A DNA stretch of 64,000 nt from Halocafeteria seosinensis (Eukaryota): assembly GCA_001687465.1 (NCBI GenBank), contig LVLI01000148.1, positions 62,001 through 126,000 of the forward strand, in the 5' to 3' direction. A model generated the notes under the pieces. It worked only from the letters and a program-made list of their open reading frames with translations. It ran no database searches and had not been told where the DNA came from. Each line of letters opens with the position of its first letter. The first letter of the stretch is position 1. The translations under genes were made by a program, and so were the position numbers. Of the stretch, positions 38,106 through 49,560 are shown in pieces.

Positions 38106-41100
38106 ATGTCAACTCAGAATCAGAGACAGCAGCTTACTGTGCCAAAGGCAGACCCAGAGAAAGACCATGAAGGACTGCAGGAGAATCAGAAGTTCCAGAA
38201 AATGCTCAAGGACTTCAAGGCCAATCCTGACAACTTTAAGTGCCTTGACGGTGTGGATCCAACCCATCTGGACGAACCAGTGTTATTCTCACGCAAACTA
38301 CTGAAAATTAATCGCAAAGGGAAAAAACAGCCGAGAATCATCGCAGTTACACTGCTAGCTGTATACAACCTGAAGCCGGGGAAGATGAACACCTTTCAAA
38401 GACGGATAGGGATATACGACTTGGATCGATTGGTGCAGATCGAAAATTCGTACGATGTACTTGTACATCCTTGGGAACAGTCTGTTGAATATGACTACCG
38501 CCTTGACTGTGGGGATGAAGATACGCGCAGAGATTTTGTGGAAGCGTGCTATAACGCGTATAGAATGACCACTGGAATGGAACTCACTTCCGTAACGTTG
38601 TCAGAAGAGTTTGCTACTAGCATCGCCATAACGAAAAAGGATGCCAAAGAGAAGGAAAAGAATCAAACGTCAGCCACTGAGGCGGTGGCCCAGCGAAAAT
38701 ATGAATCAGTTGCGCGAAATTTAGCGATGTTGACGGGACAACAACCAGACGGAAGAACTCAGTCTGGAGCGGGCAAGAAAGGGTCTGCAACTCGCAAAAG
38801 CTCTAGGCGACTAAGCAGTATACATGGAACTCCATTGTCTGCGAAAACAAACAAATTTTCACAGATGGGTAGTAGCCGCCGTTTACTAAGTTCAAACCAG
38901 AATCAACCACAAGAAGAGGAAAGCGACGAACAAGATGAGATAAACAAAGAAAACGTCGGCGCTGACTTGGAGTTCGGGGTAGCGTTTAAGGACGGGAACG
39001 AAGATAAGCTTGATGCAATCAAGAAAGGAGTTGTCAAGACCATCAAAGCAGCCCACAATCAGGTTAAGGGGAACAAGACTTTAGCGGAAGTTTGCACTAG
39101 TTGGACCATGGATTCGTTTCGGAATGTGGCAGAAGTAAGTTCCATAATCTGTGAGTTGTTACTAGGCGTGCTAATAGGGTTTTCTCCTTGCTTTCAGTTG
39201 CTTGCGGAATGCGTCATTCATCCCGATATGGCCGAAAGCGTGTTCAACTTTATAGCTCAAAGCAACAACCAGTCCCACGCTATTCTTGATGGTGCTTCCC
39301 ATATGAGCGTGGATCCGCGGGAAGAGTATGTACGGGGATTGGGCACTCGAGCGCTTTGGAAGACATGCAACTATTTACGTCAGAAAGACATGCTAACGAA
39401 ACGTCTCGACCTAGCAGAGGGGTTTCCAGGGTATATTTTGACTTCGTTCGACATGCCTCATGGAGCTCCAAGCGTGAAGGAATTCGCACCACAAGTGTAT
39501 TATGCATTGCTCGAAATTTTGCTGAATGATATCGCTAAGCCTTCGGACAAACGAGGTCCCATTGAACCGTTTGGCCGTCCAGTTGCTTGTCCTACTGTGT
39601 TGCCGCTGATTATGCGCCTCCTACCTGCGGCACCCTGGACACTGAAACGCGATGTAATGAAGGATATGAACGTTCTTCTTGTAAAACGCGAAGAAAATTT
39701 TGAGCATATCCTTATGCAACGTGATTGGATGAGCTGGATGGCACCACTGTTGGCCACCTGCCCGAAAAAGAGCTCCGATCGTACAGAGGAGCAGAATGAA
39801 TTTTTGAAATACACTATGAATATGTTCGCAATGGTATTGAATTTTGCTTTCTCCAAAGGAGAAAACAAAGGAATGCCGATTGATGAATTGGTAGAACGGC
39901 TATTGACTCAGCTGGCTGTCCAATGTGGCTGGAACACTGCGACGGTGTCGGTATCCCGGTCTTTGCTGACCAATTTAGTTGTAAAAATCGGTAATGGGAT
40001 GAAGCGTTGGTCAAGTGACCCCGACCGGCCCGAATGGAGATCTCTATTGAAGCTATGCGTCGTCATCGAGAACTTTTTCTTTTATCGCCCTGTGAGTGAT
40101 GAGGACACCAGTCATCTGCTTTCTGAAGCATCTGAGGAGAAACAAAGCATTCTTACTTTGCCGCCGGAATTGCAAAATGTCACTGCTGAGCAACCTGTAG
40201 TAGAGAACGCTGATGATCATAGTGCCAACCGAAAGAAGGATGTAGGAATGCATCTCAACGTAACCAATGGAGAACCAGAAGATGTGAAACTTGCTCAAAG
40301 AATTCTGAATTTGTTGCAGAAGCTAGGGTTTACAGGCGACAGCAACACCAGCACTGCATTGGCTATGAGCAAGAGTCGATCGGCTAAAGAGGTGATAAGC
40401 AACGGGAACATCCTGGCTCAGGCTTACGGCGACATTGTTCGATTCTTTGAAGAATGCTCCCAGTTGGCCGCCGAAAAGAACGATGATCAACAACAGACGA
40501 AGTTAATAGAAAGGCTGGGCAAGTTCCTTGAAAAGCGGCAAAAGGCAGCCGGAGTAGGGTTTTTTGGTAAAAGTTCTACGAGTAAAAAACAAATTGTACA
40601 TAGTCTGAAAGTGAGCCTTATGAAGCAACAGGCTCAGCAGACAATACGGTCTCAGGTCCGTTCAAAAATGGCAACAGCTAAAGCTCCTGTTACCATTAAG
40701 GAAGATGCGGCTCAGGAAGAGGAAGGTGCCCAAGGTGTAACCGCCAAGCGTCTTCGTGGGGCAAAGGCTGGCGATTCGAAGGAGGACGCGCAGACTGCAA
40801 TGAATGCTTCTCTAGGCGCTATGGAAGGAGGCGAAGGGGAGAGTGCAGAAGGAAAAGGTGAAGAAGGAGAAGGAGTAAGTAACGACACGAGATGCGCGAA
40901 GTGTGAACAGCCTCTCCTTGATGATGACGGAGTTGAAGCACTTGGGCAGCACTGGCATGTACAGTGCTTTACTTGCGCAGTGTGTGGAAATCCGTTTCAC
41001 GACAACCCTTATTTCGAGCGGAAGGGAAAAGCATATTGCAAGACCCATTACTTGGAAAAGTTTGGCCGAAGCGTTTGCGGTGGATGCCTCAAGCCATTCA

Positions 41101-42734
41101 AACGAGGGGATTCGGCCATGGAAGCTGCAGAGAAGTTATGGCATCCGGAATGCTTCAAGTGTACCCATTGTACACGGTTGTTTGAGCCTGAAGAAGTGTT
41201 CTATGAAAAGGACGGACTGCCGTATTGTGATGCGTGCAACGAAGCACTGTTTGTCACGTGTCCCACATGCCAGCTTCCTGTGGAGGATCAGCATGACGGC
41301 ATTGCTGCATTGGATAAAAATTGGCATGCAGAGTGCTTCCGCTGCACTTACTGTGATTCCATGTTTCATGATAATGTGTACTATGCGAAGACCGACCCTG
41401 CGACTGGTGACCGGAAGCCGTATTGTGATCGGTGCTATACGGATCTTTTTGTCCCAAAGTGCAGACTCTGTGAGCAACCGGTGAAAGACCAGGGTTTGTT
41501 TGCTTGTGGATCCTCCTGGCATCAAGAGTGTTTTGTGTGTACGGAATGTGAGAAACCTTTCGAGAACCTTGAGTACTTTGAGATGAATGGGCTTCCGTAT
41601 TGTTCTGATGATTATTGGAACATTTTCGGGAAGAAATGCGCTTCATGTGGCGAGATAGTGAAAGGAGAAGAGTTCAACGCTTTGGAGAAGACGTACCATC
41701 CTCAGTGCTTCACCTGTGCTGATTGCGGAGAGCCCTTCGAAGAATTGCAATTTTATGTCCACGATGGCAAACCCTACAAAAAGGAACACTTTATGAAAAA
41801 CTTCTGTAGTAAATGTCCTAACTGTAACGAGTACGTTCTCGAAGATGCCGTTGAGGCCTTGGATGAGACTTGGCATGCGGATTGTCTTCGTGATGCCCAC
41901 ACGGGAGAAAAGCTAACCGACTCTGTCATCAAGGGTCCTGATGGCAAGATTTACAGCAAAGCAACGTATCAGAAATTATTTGCTGAAACATGCACGTGGT
42001 GTGGGGAGTCCATCAGTGAAAAAGTAGTAACGGCTTTAGAAAAGAAATGGCATGCAGCTTGCCTTGTTTGTGCCGATCCTGACTGTCAGAAGCAGTTATT
42101 GGAGCAAGAGGAAGGGTTCAATGCTATCGATGGTGTGCAATATTGTATGGCACATTTTATTGAAAGAAAGGGGCCAGGTTGCCAACGCTGTGGGGAAGTC
42201 ATTCGCCCGGATCAAGCCATGAAACTAATGGATATGGTATTTCATTCCGACTGCTTACGCTGCTTTGCCACAGGTTCTAAGTTTGATGCTAGTGCGAAGA
42301 TCTTCGCCATTCACGGTATGCCCGTCAGTGAAGAGGCATTCAAGCAGACCCTAGATGTGTGCGGATTTTGTCGCGGAGCAATTATGGGGGAGTTCCTTTC
42401 GGTTGAGCAGCACAAGTTCCATAAGGACTGCTTGCGGTGTATGGCAAGTGGAGAAGCGTTTAGTGAGGAGATGTATCTCCGAGATGGATGGCCTGTTTCC
42501 GGAGAGTATGCAGATCCCTCTGTGGACCTTCCGGATGAAGGACTCGAGCGGATGCGTCTGGGTACCGAAGCTGAAAGCAGTGTGCCGGAAAAGAAAGAGG
42601 AAGTAAAGAATAAGGTGGCGGAGCAGAAGCAGTATGCTCAACAGAGACTTGAAGAGAACAAGAAACATTTGGAGGAGAAACAGGAGCGGCAAAAGCGTTT
42701 GGAGCGGTGTTATGGCGGGTATAAGGAGGAGTAA
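38106..42734 (+). CDS. Large multi-LIM protein: N-terminal myosin-TH1/PH-like domain, central helical region and nine LIM repeats; probable in-frame intron 39135-39197
   Basis: TH1/PH-like segment VLFSRKLLKINRKGKKQPRIIAVT..AVYNL and nine CxxC-x16-23-HxxC LIM starts counted. The first ATG is at 38106; the ORF track starts at an upstream TTG. Confidence 0.85.
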   Translation: MSTQNQRQQLTVPKADPEKDHEGLQENQKFQKMLKDFKANPDNFKCLDGVDPTHLDEPVLFSRKLLKINRKGKKQPRIIAVTLLAVYNLKPGKMNTFQRRIGIYDLDRLVQIENSYDVLVHPWEQSVEYDYRLDCGDEDTRRDFVEACYNAYRMTTGMELTSVTLSEEFATSIAITKKDAKEKEKNQTSATEAVAQRKYESVARNLAMLTGQQPDGRTQSGAGKKGSATRKSSRRLSSIHGTPLSAKTNKFSQMGSSRRLLSSNQNQPQEEESDEQDEINKENVGADLEFGVAFKDGNEDKLDAIKKGVVKTIKAAHNQVKGNKTLAEVCTSWTMDSFRNVAEVSSIICELLLGVLIGFSPCFQLLAECVIHPDMAESVFNFIAQSNNQSHAILDGASHMSVDPREEYVRGLGTRALWKTCNYLRQKDMLTKRLDLAEGFPGYILTSFDMPHGAPSVKEFAPQVYYALLEILLNDIAKPSDKRGPIEPFGRPVACPTVLPLIMRLLPAAPWTLKRDVMKDMNVLLVKREENFEHILMQRDWMSWMAPLLATCPKKSSDRTEEQNEFLKYTMNMFAMVLNFAFSKGENKGMPIDELVERLLTQLAVQCGWNTATVSVSRSLLTNLVVKIGNGMKRWSSDPDRPEWRSLLKLCVVIENFFFYRPVSDEDTSHLLSEASEEKQSILTLPPELQNVTAEQPVVENADDHSANRKKDVGMHLNVTNGEPEDVKLAQRILNLLQKLGFTGDSNTSTALAMSKSRSAKEVISNGNILAQAYGDIVRFFEECSQLAAEKNDDQQQTKLIERLGKFLEKRQKAAGVGFFGKSSTSKKQIVHSLKVSLMKQQAQQTIRSQVRSKMATAKAPVTIKEDAAQEEEGAQGVTAKRLRGAKAGDSKEDAQTAMNASLGAMEGGEGESAEGKGEEGEGVSNDTRCAKCEQPLLDDDGVEALGQHWHVQCFTCAVCGNPFHDNPYFERKGKAYCKTHYLEKFGRSVCGGCLKPFKRGDSAMEAAEKLWHPECFKCTHCTRLFEPEEVFYEKDGLPYCDACNEALFVTCPTCQLPVEDQHDGIAALDKNWHAECFRCTYCDSMFHDNVYYAKTDPATGDRKPYCDRCYTDLFVPKCRLCEQPVKDQGLFACGSSWHQECFVCTECEKPFENLEYFEMNGLPYCSDDYWNIFGKKCASCGEIVKGEEFNALEKTYHPQCFTCADCGEPFEELQFYVHDGKPYKKEHFMKNFCSKCPNCNEYVLEDAVEALDETWHADCLRDAHTGEKLTDSVIKGPDGKIYSKATYQKLFAETCTWCGESISEKVVTALEKKWHAACLVCADPDCQKQLLEQEEGFNAIDGVQYCMAHFIERKGPGCQRCGEVIRPDQAMKLMDMVFHSDCLRCFATGSKFDASAKIFAIHGMPVSEEAFKQTLDVCGFCRGAIMGEFLSVEQHKFHKDCLRCMASGEAFSEEMYLRDGWPVSGEYADPSVDLPDEGLERMRLGTEAESSVPEKKEEVKNKVAEQKQYAQQRLEENKKHLEEKQERQKRLERCYGGYKEE

Positions 42735-43307
42735 TTACAAGTTTAACTGCAGTATTTCTTGTTGATTTTTGTCTGTGTCAAAAATGATGAACTCAATTAT
42801 ATGAAATAACACTGTTCAATTCGACTTGTAGACCGATGTCCGTGGCAGTTCTTGCTTTTTGCGGATGATAACCTTTACCATCCAATTTGCAAAGCAAATG
42901 AGATTGATTATATGAAAGCATTGAGTTACCACTGACTTGATAGAATAGATTAGGGCCAACTCCGGACACGCCAGAAGATGCAACGGACCACAAACCATAT
43001 TTTCCTATGAATTTGCATTGATGAATTATAGGCTAAATTATTGTATATATGCAATTAAATATAAAGAAGTGCATGATTGTAATGAATGCTTGAATGAGAG
43101 AAAAGCACCGTAATTGATCCCTTCAAGCCGGAACAGAGAAGGGCATACTGGCCACAAAAGAATGGGTCGGAAGGTTGATTCCTGAGACTTACGATGAATA
43201 ATTCCATCCGAACCCGTCAACAGACACCTAATCATTACCACCATCAAAGGATCGGAGAAAGAAAAAAGTACAGAGATGGGATACCGTTGTCCTTGGAAAC
43301 ACGGACC

Positions 43308-45360
43308 ATGCAGCAGCAGAGTAGCGTTTTGCAGTTCAATGCGAAGCCACAGATTGACACAAATGCTAAAGCTGCTCCAACGATGCTGACTCCAACCTCA
43401 TCAGCTTCTATCTCAGACCCTAGCACTAATACTAAAGGCAGATCAGGCTCGCGCTCTATCTATTTATCGCGATCAATGGACAATAGTCCTGCACGGCGGA
43501 GAAATCTGACTAACGGCAGCCAGGCTTCGTTTGCTAGTATGACGAAGGAACAGACTTCCTCTCTAGGGAGTAAGACGGGTGGATCCATAGTAGCACGTAA
43601 ACCTATGCGATCGCGTGTGAAAGACGGTAGTCATCCTATAAGAGATGAATGTAAGTTTCCGTGGCACTATTCTGGCACAACTCCCAGGCAACTATTACGA
43701 TGACATGCAGCCCCGTATGGATTAGGAACTAGAAGTATCAGTGAACAACCGTTGCGGAACCATTCGCCGACTCCGTTCAATGAGTTGCTTTCATCGCAAT
43801 CGGTACACGACTTTGAAAGAAAGAGCACCAGAGGAGCTCACCCTCTGGAATATGCCCAAAGACCCATGCGAAACATGGCCGTAATTAGAGCTACCAGATT
43901 AAGCCATAATAGAAGCGTCGGAGGAAACAGTAGTATAAAAAAGAAAACAGTGCCACGAGCTATGTCTAGATCGAACAGCAATAAAAGGAAAAATCTCGCG
44001 AGCAGGGGAGATCTTTGCATCTTCAGGAATGAGACAACGGAATCTTCAGACGACAGAAAATATGGGTCCTTTGGCGACTCTAGCACAAGTGGCTCGCTTG
44101 CTGATTCCAGCAAGAAGACATTTGAAACAATGCTCACTCTCTCCTCGACCTCGATGACATCTTCGAGCGAACGCGGAAACTCGTATCAAAGCAACACGCC
44201 GACGTTGTCACCGGTGGCGGCAACTCATGATGAGCGAGGACAAGATTCTTCAAGCACTTCCCGAAATGGAACTGTAGCGACGGAGACTGCCTATTCTTCT
44301 AGATTCCCAGGTAGAAACAGAGAAAAATACGGCGAGCACAAGCGCGTAGACCAAGCAGAAGAAGAGAAAAAAGCACGAGCACTATTCGACGTAGGAGCCG
44401 CAACAATGCGGGGCTATTCAAATGGAGCACCAAAGATTAACCAAGATAGGTTTATTGCTTACTTCGACATATTAACAAAGTCCCTGATAGCGGCGGTATT
44501 TGACGGCCATGGGGCAAAAGGGCATTTGGTCAGTTCATTTCTCGCAAGCAACTATGTCAACACCATGCTCGAAAGTTCCAATTGGTTGGACGATTCTCGC
44601 GTGTGTGACGCCATGACGGAAACGCTGCTGCAACTAGAACGAGGAATATCTGCTAACAAGGGTATAGATGCAACCTTCAGTGGCTCTACTGCTGTGGTGG
44701 CCGTTATCCGAAACAGAAAACTCTATGTTATCAATGTTGGAGATTCGAGGCTGGTGACAGCATGCCACAATAGGGATGGCTCCTGTTCTGTAAGTATACG
44801 TTAAACACATCGAAGTTGCTGCACGCTTATGAGAACAATGTACTACAGGTCCAACATAGCACTCGCGATCATAAGCCGGAACTGCCACTGGAAAGGAAAC
44901 GAATCATAGCCACAGGAGGTCGCGTCATCGCCACAGCAAATAAAATGGCACCGCATATCATGGGGCCTCCACGAGTATGGTTGAAGGACGCAATGATACC
45001 CGGTCTAGCGATGAGTCGTTCAGTTGGTGATTTTGTCGCCAAATCGGCGGGCGTTACGTCACAGCCAGAGCCCATGATGTTTAATGTCCTTAAGAAGAAT
45101 TCATGGATGATATTAGCCAGCGATGGTCTGTGGGACGTAATGAATAACCATGAAGCTCTGAACATTGCAGCGATGACAGGGAAAGCGCAAGCTGCCGCCG
45201 TAAGTAGCCTCAATGCCACTATATTAATACTGAACGACGTCAGCCACTTCCATTGTGTGTAGTGCAGGACAATCTCCTGAGAATTACACGCAAACGGTGG
45301 ATGGACCGAGCTGGGGCTAGCGACGATATTACAATTCTCGTTGTCAGAGTGAATGATTGA
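43308..45360 (+). CDS. PP2C/PPM protein phosphatase with a long disordered N-terminus; multi-exon
   Basis: Motifs INQD, VFDGHG, SGSTA, NVGDSR, DHKP, PGLAMSRSVGD and LASDGLWDV. The last exon (45268-45360) encodes DDITILVV. Confidence 0.93.
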
Positions 45361-47094
45361 TTATGACCCATCTTGCTCATCCAAAACAGCGTGTCGAAAG
45401 GAGTTGACCTCCTTTCGAAGTTCATCATGAGTTTGCAGTAGCATCTCTAGCTCGTTGTCTAAGTCATACGTACTCTTCTGCAACCACAGCGTCCAAGCTA
45501 CATAATGGCACGTGTCAAGAGGATCAAGAACGCATAACCTACACTTTTCTTCGTAGAGCCTTGGCTAGTTGTACTATGACTGGATTTTGTTGACGGCTTT
45601 ATCTTCGGCCTTGGCAATTGCTGTGCGAATTCGACGGCTCGTTCTCTGAATTTGGAAAGCTCGTTACGCCTTTGTTGGCGGATCTGCGCTTCTTCTTCGA
45701 TCGGAGGAGGGCGTCTACCTGTTTTATCTATCTTTTTCTGGTTTTCGATGGACAACGTCTTCCCGTATTCATGCATTCTTTTGGTCTTCTCCCGTTTGCG
45801 TTTAACTTCTTCGTTTTCTAAATCAGCTCCGAGGCTACCAAGTTGCTGCCATGGAGTGCTGCCGTCCGAGGAATTATATTTTAATTGTTGCTGCCGATAT
45901 TCCTGCATTGTTTTCGGTCTGTTACAAGCAAGATAGCGATCAATGATGTACAAGTGATGACGCAGGAGTGTATAGGCAGCCATCACCTACTTGTAGTTAA
46001 CAACACGTCGTTTCCTAGCTGGGGGAGCCAAACGCACATAGTCATATGTTCTGAGCATTCAATTTTCGGAAAATTCCGTTATACTTACATGCATACGGAG
46101 GCTGCTGAGTAGTAGACGTATTAATCCGTACAGGATACGAATCTGTAATCTCAGAGGAATTATCCGACCGGACGGACGAGTTCCTCGCAAGCTCACTGTG
46201 GCTTTTCATGGGCGAAACAGATCGAGCGTGTGCATTCCAGTTAACGAACGAAGATTTACCGTCACTCTTGGGTGTCTTCCCTTGAGGATGAGCATATCTC
46301 ATCTGACTATTGCTTTGAGGTGAAGGCTGCTCTTCCTGCCATAGATCGTCCTGCTGAAGACTGCCATCCTCACTCCAATTACCTTGCGGTGTTACTTCTT
46401 CGTCCACTACCGCATGCTGTTGGTCGTCCTTCAATTCACACTCAAACTTGTTGTTTGACGCTGCACCGGGGCCACTTCGCAGCTTACTTGACTGCTGTTG
46501 CTGAAACTGGAAAGTTACAGGTCCGTTTTGTTTGTAGTTGCCAGGCGCAAACGATTTACTGCTCCCTCCCTGTTTGTTCAACGAGCTCTTGGCCGCCTCT
46601 GATTGCGGTTGGTGCTGATTGGTCGTTCGATTGTGAGATCCTTGCGTGACGTTGTCGTGACCCCTTAACGCATACATGTGGCGATTCGACCGAGGAGTTT
46701 GGGACGAAGGTTGCTTCTTGTTACTGGCAGGCCCCTGTTCAGACCCAGGATCCTGTATACGCACTGATCGACCTGGTTGCTGGTGTTTCTGAGATAAGGA
46801 GGATGATGCTGCCTTCTTATGCGTAGTATGAGGCTGTTTATTCTGAGTGGTTAACGCTGATGCAGACTTGGCCGCGCTGTCGCTCATACTTGTCAGGAAG
46901 CCTCTCCCCCTGGAATTCTGTTGCTGTTCAGGAAGTGCCGAAGTTGCTCCATCTCCTTGTCCTGATGAAGTCGCCGAGACTGCTTGAGCCGTAGATTGGG
47001 AAGCATTATCCTGAGAACTGGGTGTGGAGGTAAACGAAGGAGGCTTTCCGAGCAGGGATTGAATATCCCCCAGTCCTATTTTTGCACGAGACAT
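45361..47094 (-). CDS. JHY-like (ciliary) protein; multi-exon
   Basis: C-terminal PKTMQEYR...LGSLGADL...KREKTKRMHEYGK...RAVEFAQQLPRP...LEMLLQTHDELRKEV resembles the Jhy domain. Stop TAA at 45363-45361; likely ATG at 47094. Confidence 0.7.
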
Positions 47095-47114
47095 TTTGTG
47101 ATATTCAAGGAGTG

Positions 47115-47243
47115 TGTCTATTTGCTTATTTGGTTGTGGTATGCACTCCCAAAACGACACTACAAACCCAATACCCATGATTTAACCCATTGGCTACTTG
47201 TGCTGAGAACGCCATCCAAGAGGACGCACATTGCTAATAGTCG
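47115..47243 (+). repeat. ~130-bp diverged direct repeat, copy 1 (copy 2 at 48228-48359)
   Basis: Shared blocks TTATTTGGTTGTGGTA, CACTACAAACCCAA, TGCTGAGAACGCCATCCAA and GGACGCACATTGCTAA. Confidence 0.9.
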
Positions 47244-47964
47244 TGATTTTGTGTTCTTGCAATGACCTCATTCCACATATTTTCTTTGGCGTTCCGGTTT
47301 CACGTATTGAGTTCACTTAGAATTTCGAGATGGTGGTTGTAAATCCATTCTTTGATTGTGCTTAAAATGCCCTCTTGCGGTTGTGTAAGGTCGAGTTCTG
47401 GAGGTTTTGCCTCCGAAACTGGTTAACCCAACTGCGCAAGGTTTCTTTCGAAAGCCTTTAGCGCTCCTAGATGGCGGAGCGTCAGTGTACAACAACGGTC
47501 ACGTCAGCAAAAAAGTCTGACGGCGGTGGCATCTGGCTTCTTCCACTTCGGGGCGCGATGGCATTGAGAACTCGGTGTGAAGCAGACCGTCAACATACGT
47601 ATCCTTGGTGTTTTGATATTTGTGAGGTCTTCCAGGGGCACGATAATCTTGAACTCGTTGGCGTAGAGTATCAGACCGTTTAGCTTCGCCATACATATGT
47701 AACGTCTCCAAAGTTGTACATATGTCAGAGCCTTCTTCCCGGTCAACTTCCCGGCCGGTGGGCTATCTGTCACATTTGTGTGTGTGTTCTTCCCAGTGCT
47801 TGGTATTTGGACGTAGTGTACAAGGGTGTCGCAGCCACCTGAGGCCATCGGAGATGTACTGTAGTCTCACCACGAAGGACAATCCCAAACATTGGTAAAG
47901 TAGAGTGTTGGTAGCTGCGCTGATGCAACTGATCAGATGTGTGTGTACTGATCAGATTCAAGTA

Positions 47965-48083
47965 CACCGGTAGCGCCAGGAAGACCGCGATATACGTACA
48001 GGTAGTGCTAGTAAGATCGCGATACACGTACCGGTAGTGCTAGTAAGATCGCGAAACACTTACCGATAGTGCGAGGAAGATCG
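47965..48083 (+). repeat. 32-bp tandem repeat, about 3.7 copies
   Basis: Units start at 47965, 47997, 48029 and 48061; consensus is approximately TACCGGTAGTGCTAGTAAGATCGCGATACACG. Confidence 0.9.
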
Positions 48084-48128
48084 TTCGTGGTCCAGAGGTT
48101 CCTCTTCGATCCACTTTGCCCTCGACCC

Positions 48129-48749
48129 GAAAGAGTAGCTCGCACCGATCTACTCACATTGTACAACCATACTGTAGTTCTGGTGTTTGGTGTGGTGCCT
48201 GGTACAGTTGGTTACGAATACAGACTCTGTATATTTGTTTATTTGGTTGTGGTACGCACCCCCAAAGCAGCACTACAAACCCAAAGTCCATGGTTTAACC
48301 CGATGCGCTGTACTTCTGCTGAGAACGCCATCCAAAGGGACGCACATTGCTAACAGTCGCCAAGAAGAAAAAGAAAATTATACATGTAGGTGAGTCACCG
48401 TTCGAAACAGCTGCGTAGTTGATAACATACTAGTACACTGTACAACACTTGTCGATAATCATCAGGTGGAGATTCTCAAACTGTGTACTCATCTTCTTTA
48501 GCTGAATTTTGTTGGGCACCGTTCTCGTACTGATCCCGAGAGCGTAAAACGTGCCACCACCTACACATTAATTCCAGCCGTCTCCGTAGTACCGCTTTTC
48601 CGGTAGGAGCAATACCAATACACCTCCTCAATTCACTTTGGCGTGAAAGAGTAGCTCGTACCAGCCTACTCACATTGCACAGCCATACAGTGTACAACTT
48701 GAACAATAGCGTAGTCAATGTGTACCGGTAGTTGGTTACAGACTCTGTA
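48129..48749 (+). repeat. Diverged ~100-bp duplication (48129-48231 versus 48645-48749) plus copy 2 of the 130-bp repeat
   Basis: Shared blocks GAAAGAGTAGCTCG, CTACTCACATTG, CCATAC and AGTTGGTTAC...ACAGACTCTGTA. Confidence 0.8.
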
Positions 48750-49560
48750 GCCCACCTGCTTTCGTGGTTGTGCACTGACCTTTGTACAGCCAAACAAATC
48801 GAAACGGAGCTGTGCTTGTCACAAGATATCATGCTGTCTTCGCTGTTCCCTTTCTCCAGTCGCTGGCGCCTCACCGTGCCCTTCCAGGCTGCAGTGCAGT
48901 ACAGGAGGGAAATTCTTCAGCTTCAAGGACCGCTTCTCTCCCTCTTTTATGCCGCTGTCAGACGTTGTAGTACGTACATGATTGGTATCTGTCTTTTTTG
49001 GTGGAATAAGGGATTTCGACGCATTTTGTGATATCATTCCTTGCGTACCTGTATGGCCCCCGTGTTCTTCTTTGGGCGCTGTGGAAGAAAAAAACAGCAA
49101 AGAAACCTGTTCTTTGTGGGCCTTGCCTGGTGAATATACTGCCTTTATGTATCCATCGGTGACTGTAACTGGTTGGTTTACTTCCTATCTATCCACTAGA
49201 AGCTGTAGTATACGTTAAAGTGCTCTCCTCTTCGTGAGAAAGGACAAAGAAAAGGACTCGTTGGACGCCAAAAAGTCAAGTGGCGGCAAAAACTGTATTA
49301 CATGGGTTGTACTACAAGTAAAGCCACACAAACTACTTCTGCCGAATCCCCCGGATCCCCTACAGTCGAAGATGGGGTTATGGCCGCAGGATTCCACGGA
49401 GTAGAGGACACGAGACGATTACCGAGCCAGTTGGGATCTCCAGGTACGTTATTGACTGACTTCTTGTAGGTAGTGTATTACGCGTGAATGCACCAAATAT
49501 TGAGGCTAGAGAGCTCCTTGCATTCCGACGAACACTTTCAGTACGTGGAAATAGGGAATT

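Noticed and set aside
47095..47178. Upstream ATG (47178) for the JHY-like gene
   Set aside because: It falls inside dispersed repeat A; the ATG at 47094 is more plausible.
47965..48083. 32-bp repeats as a CRISPR array
   Set aside because: The units are head-to-tail with no unique spacers, there are no cas genes, and the context is eukaryotic.
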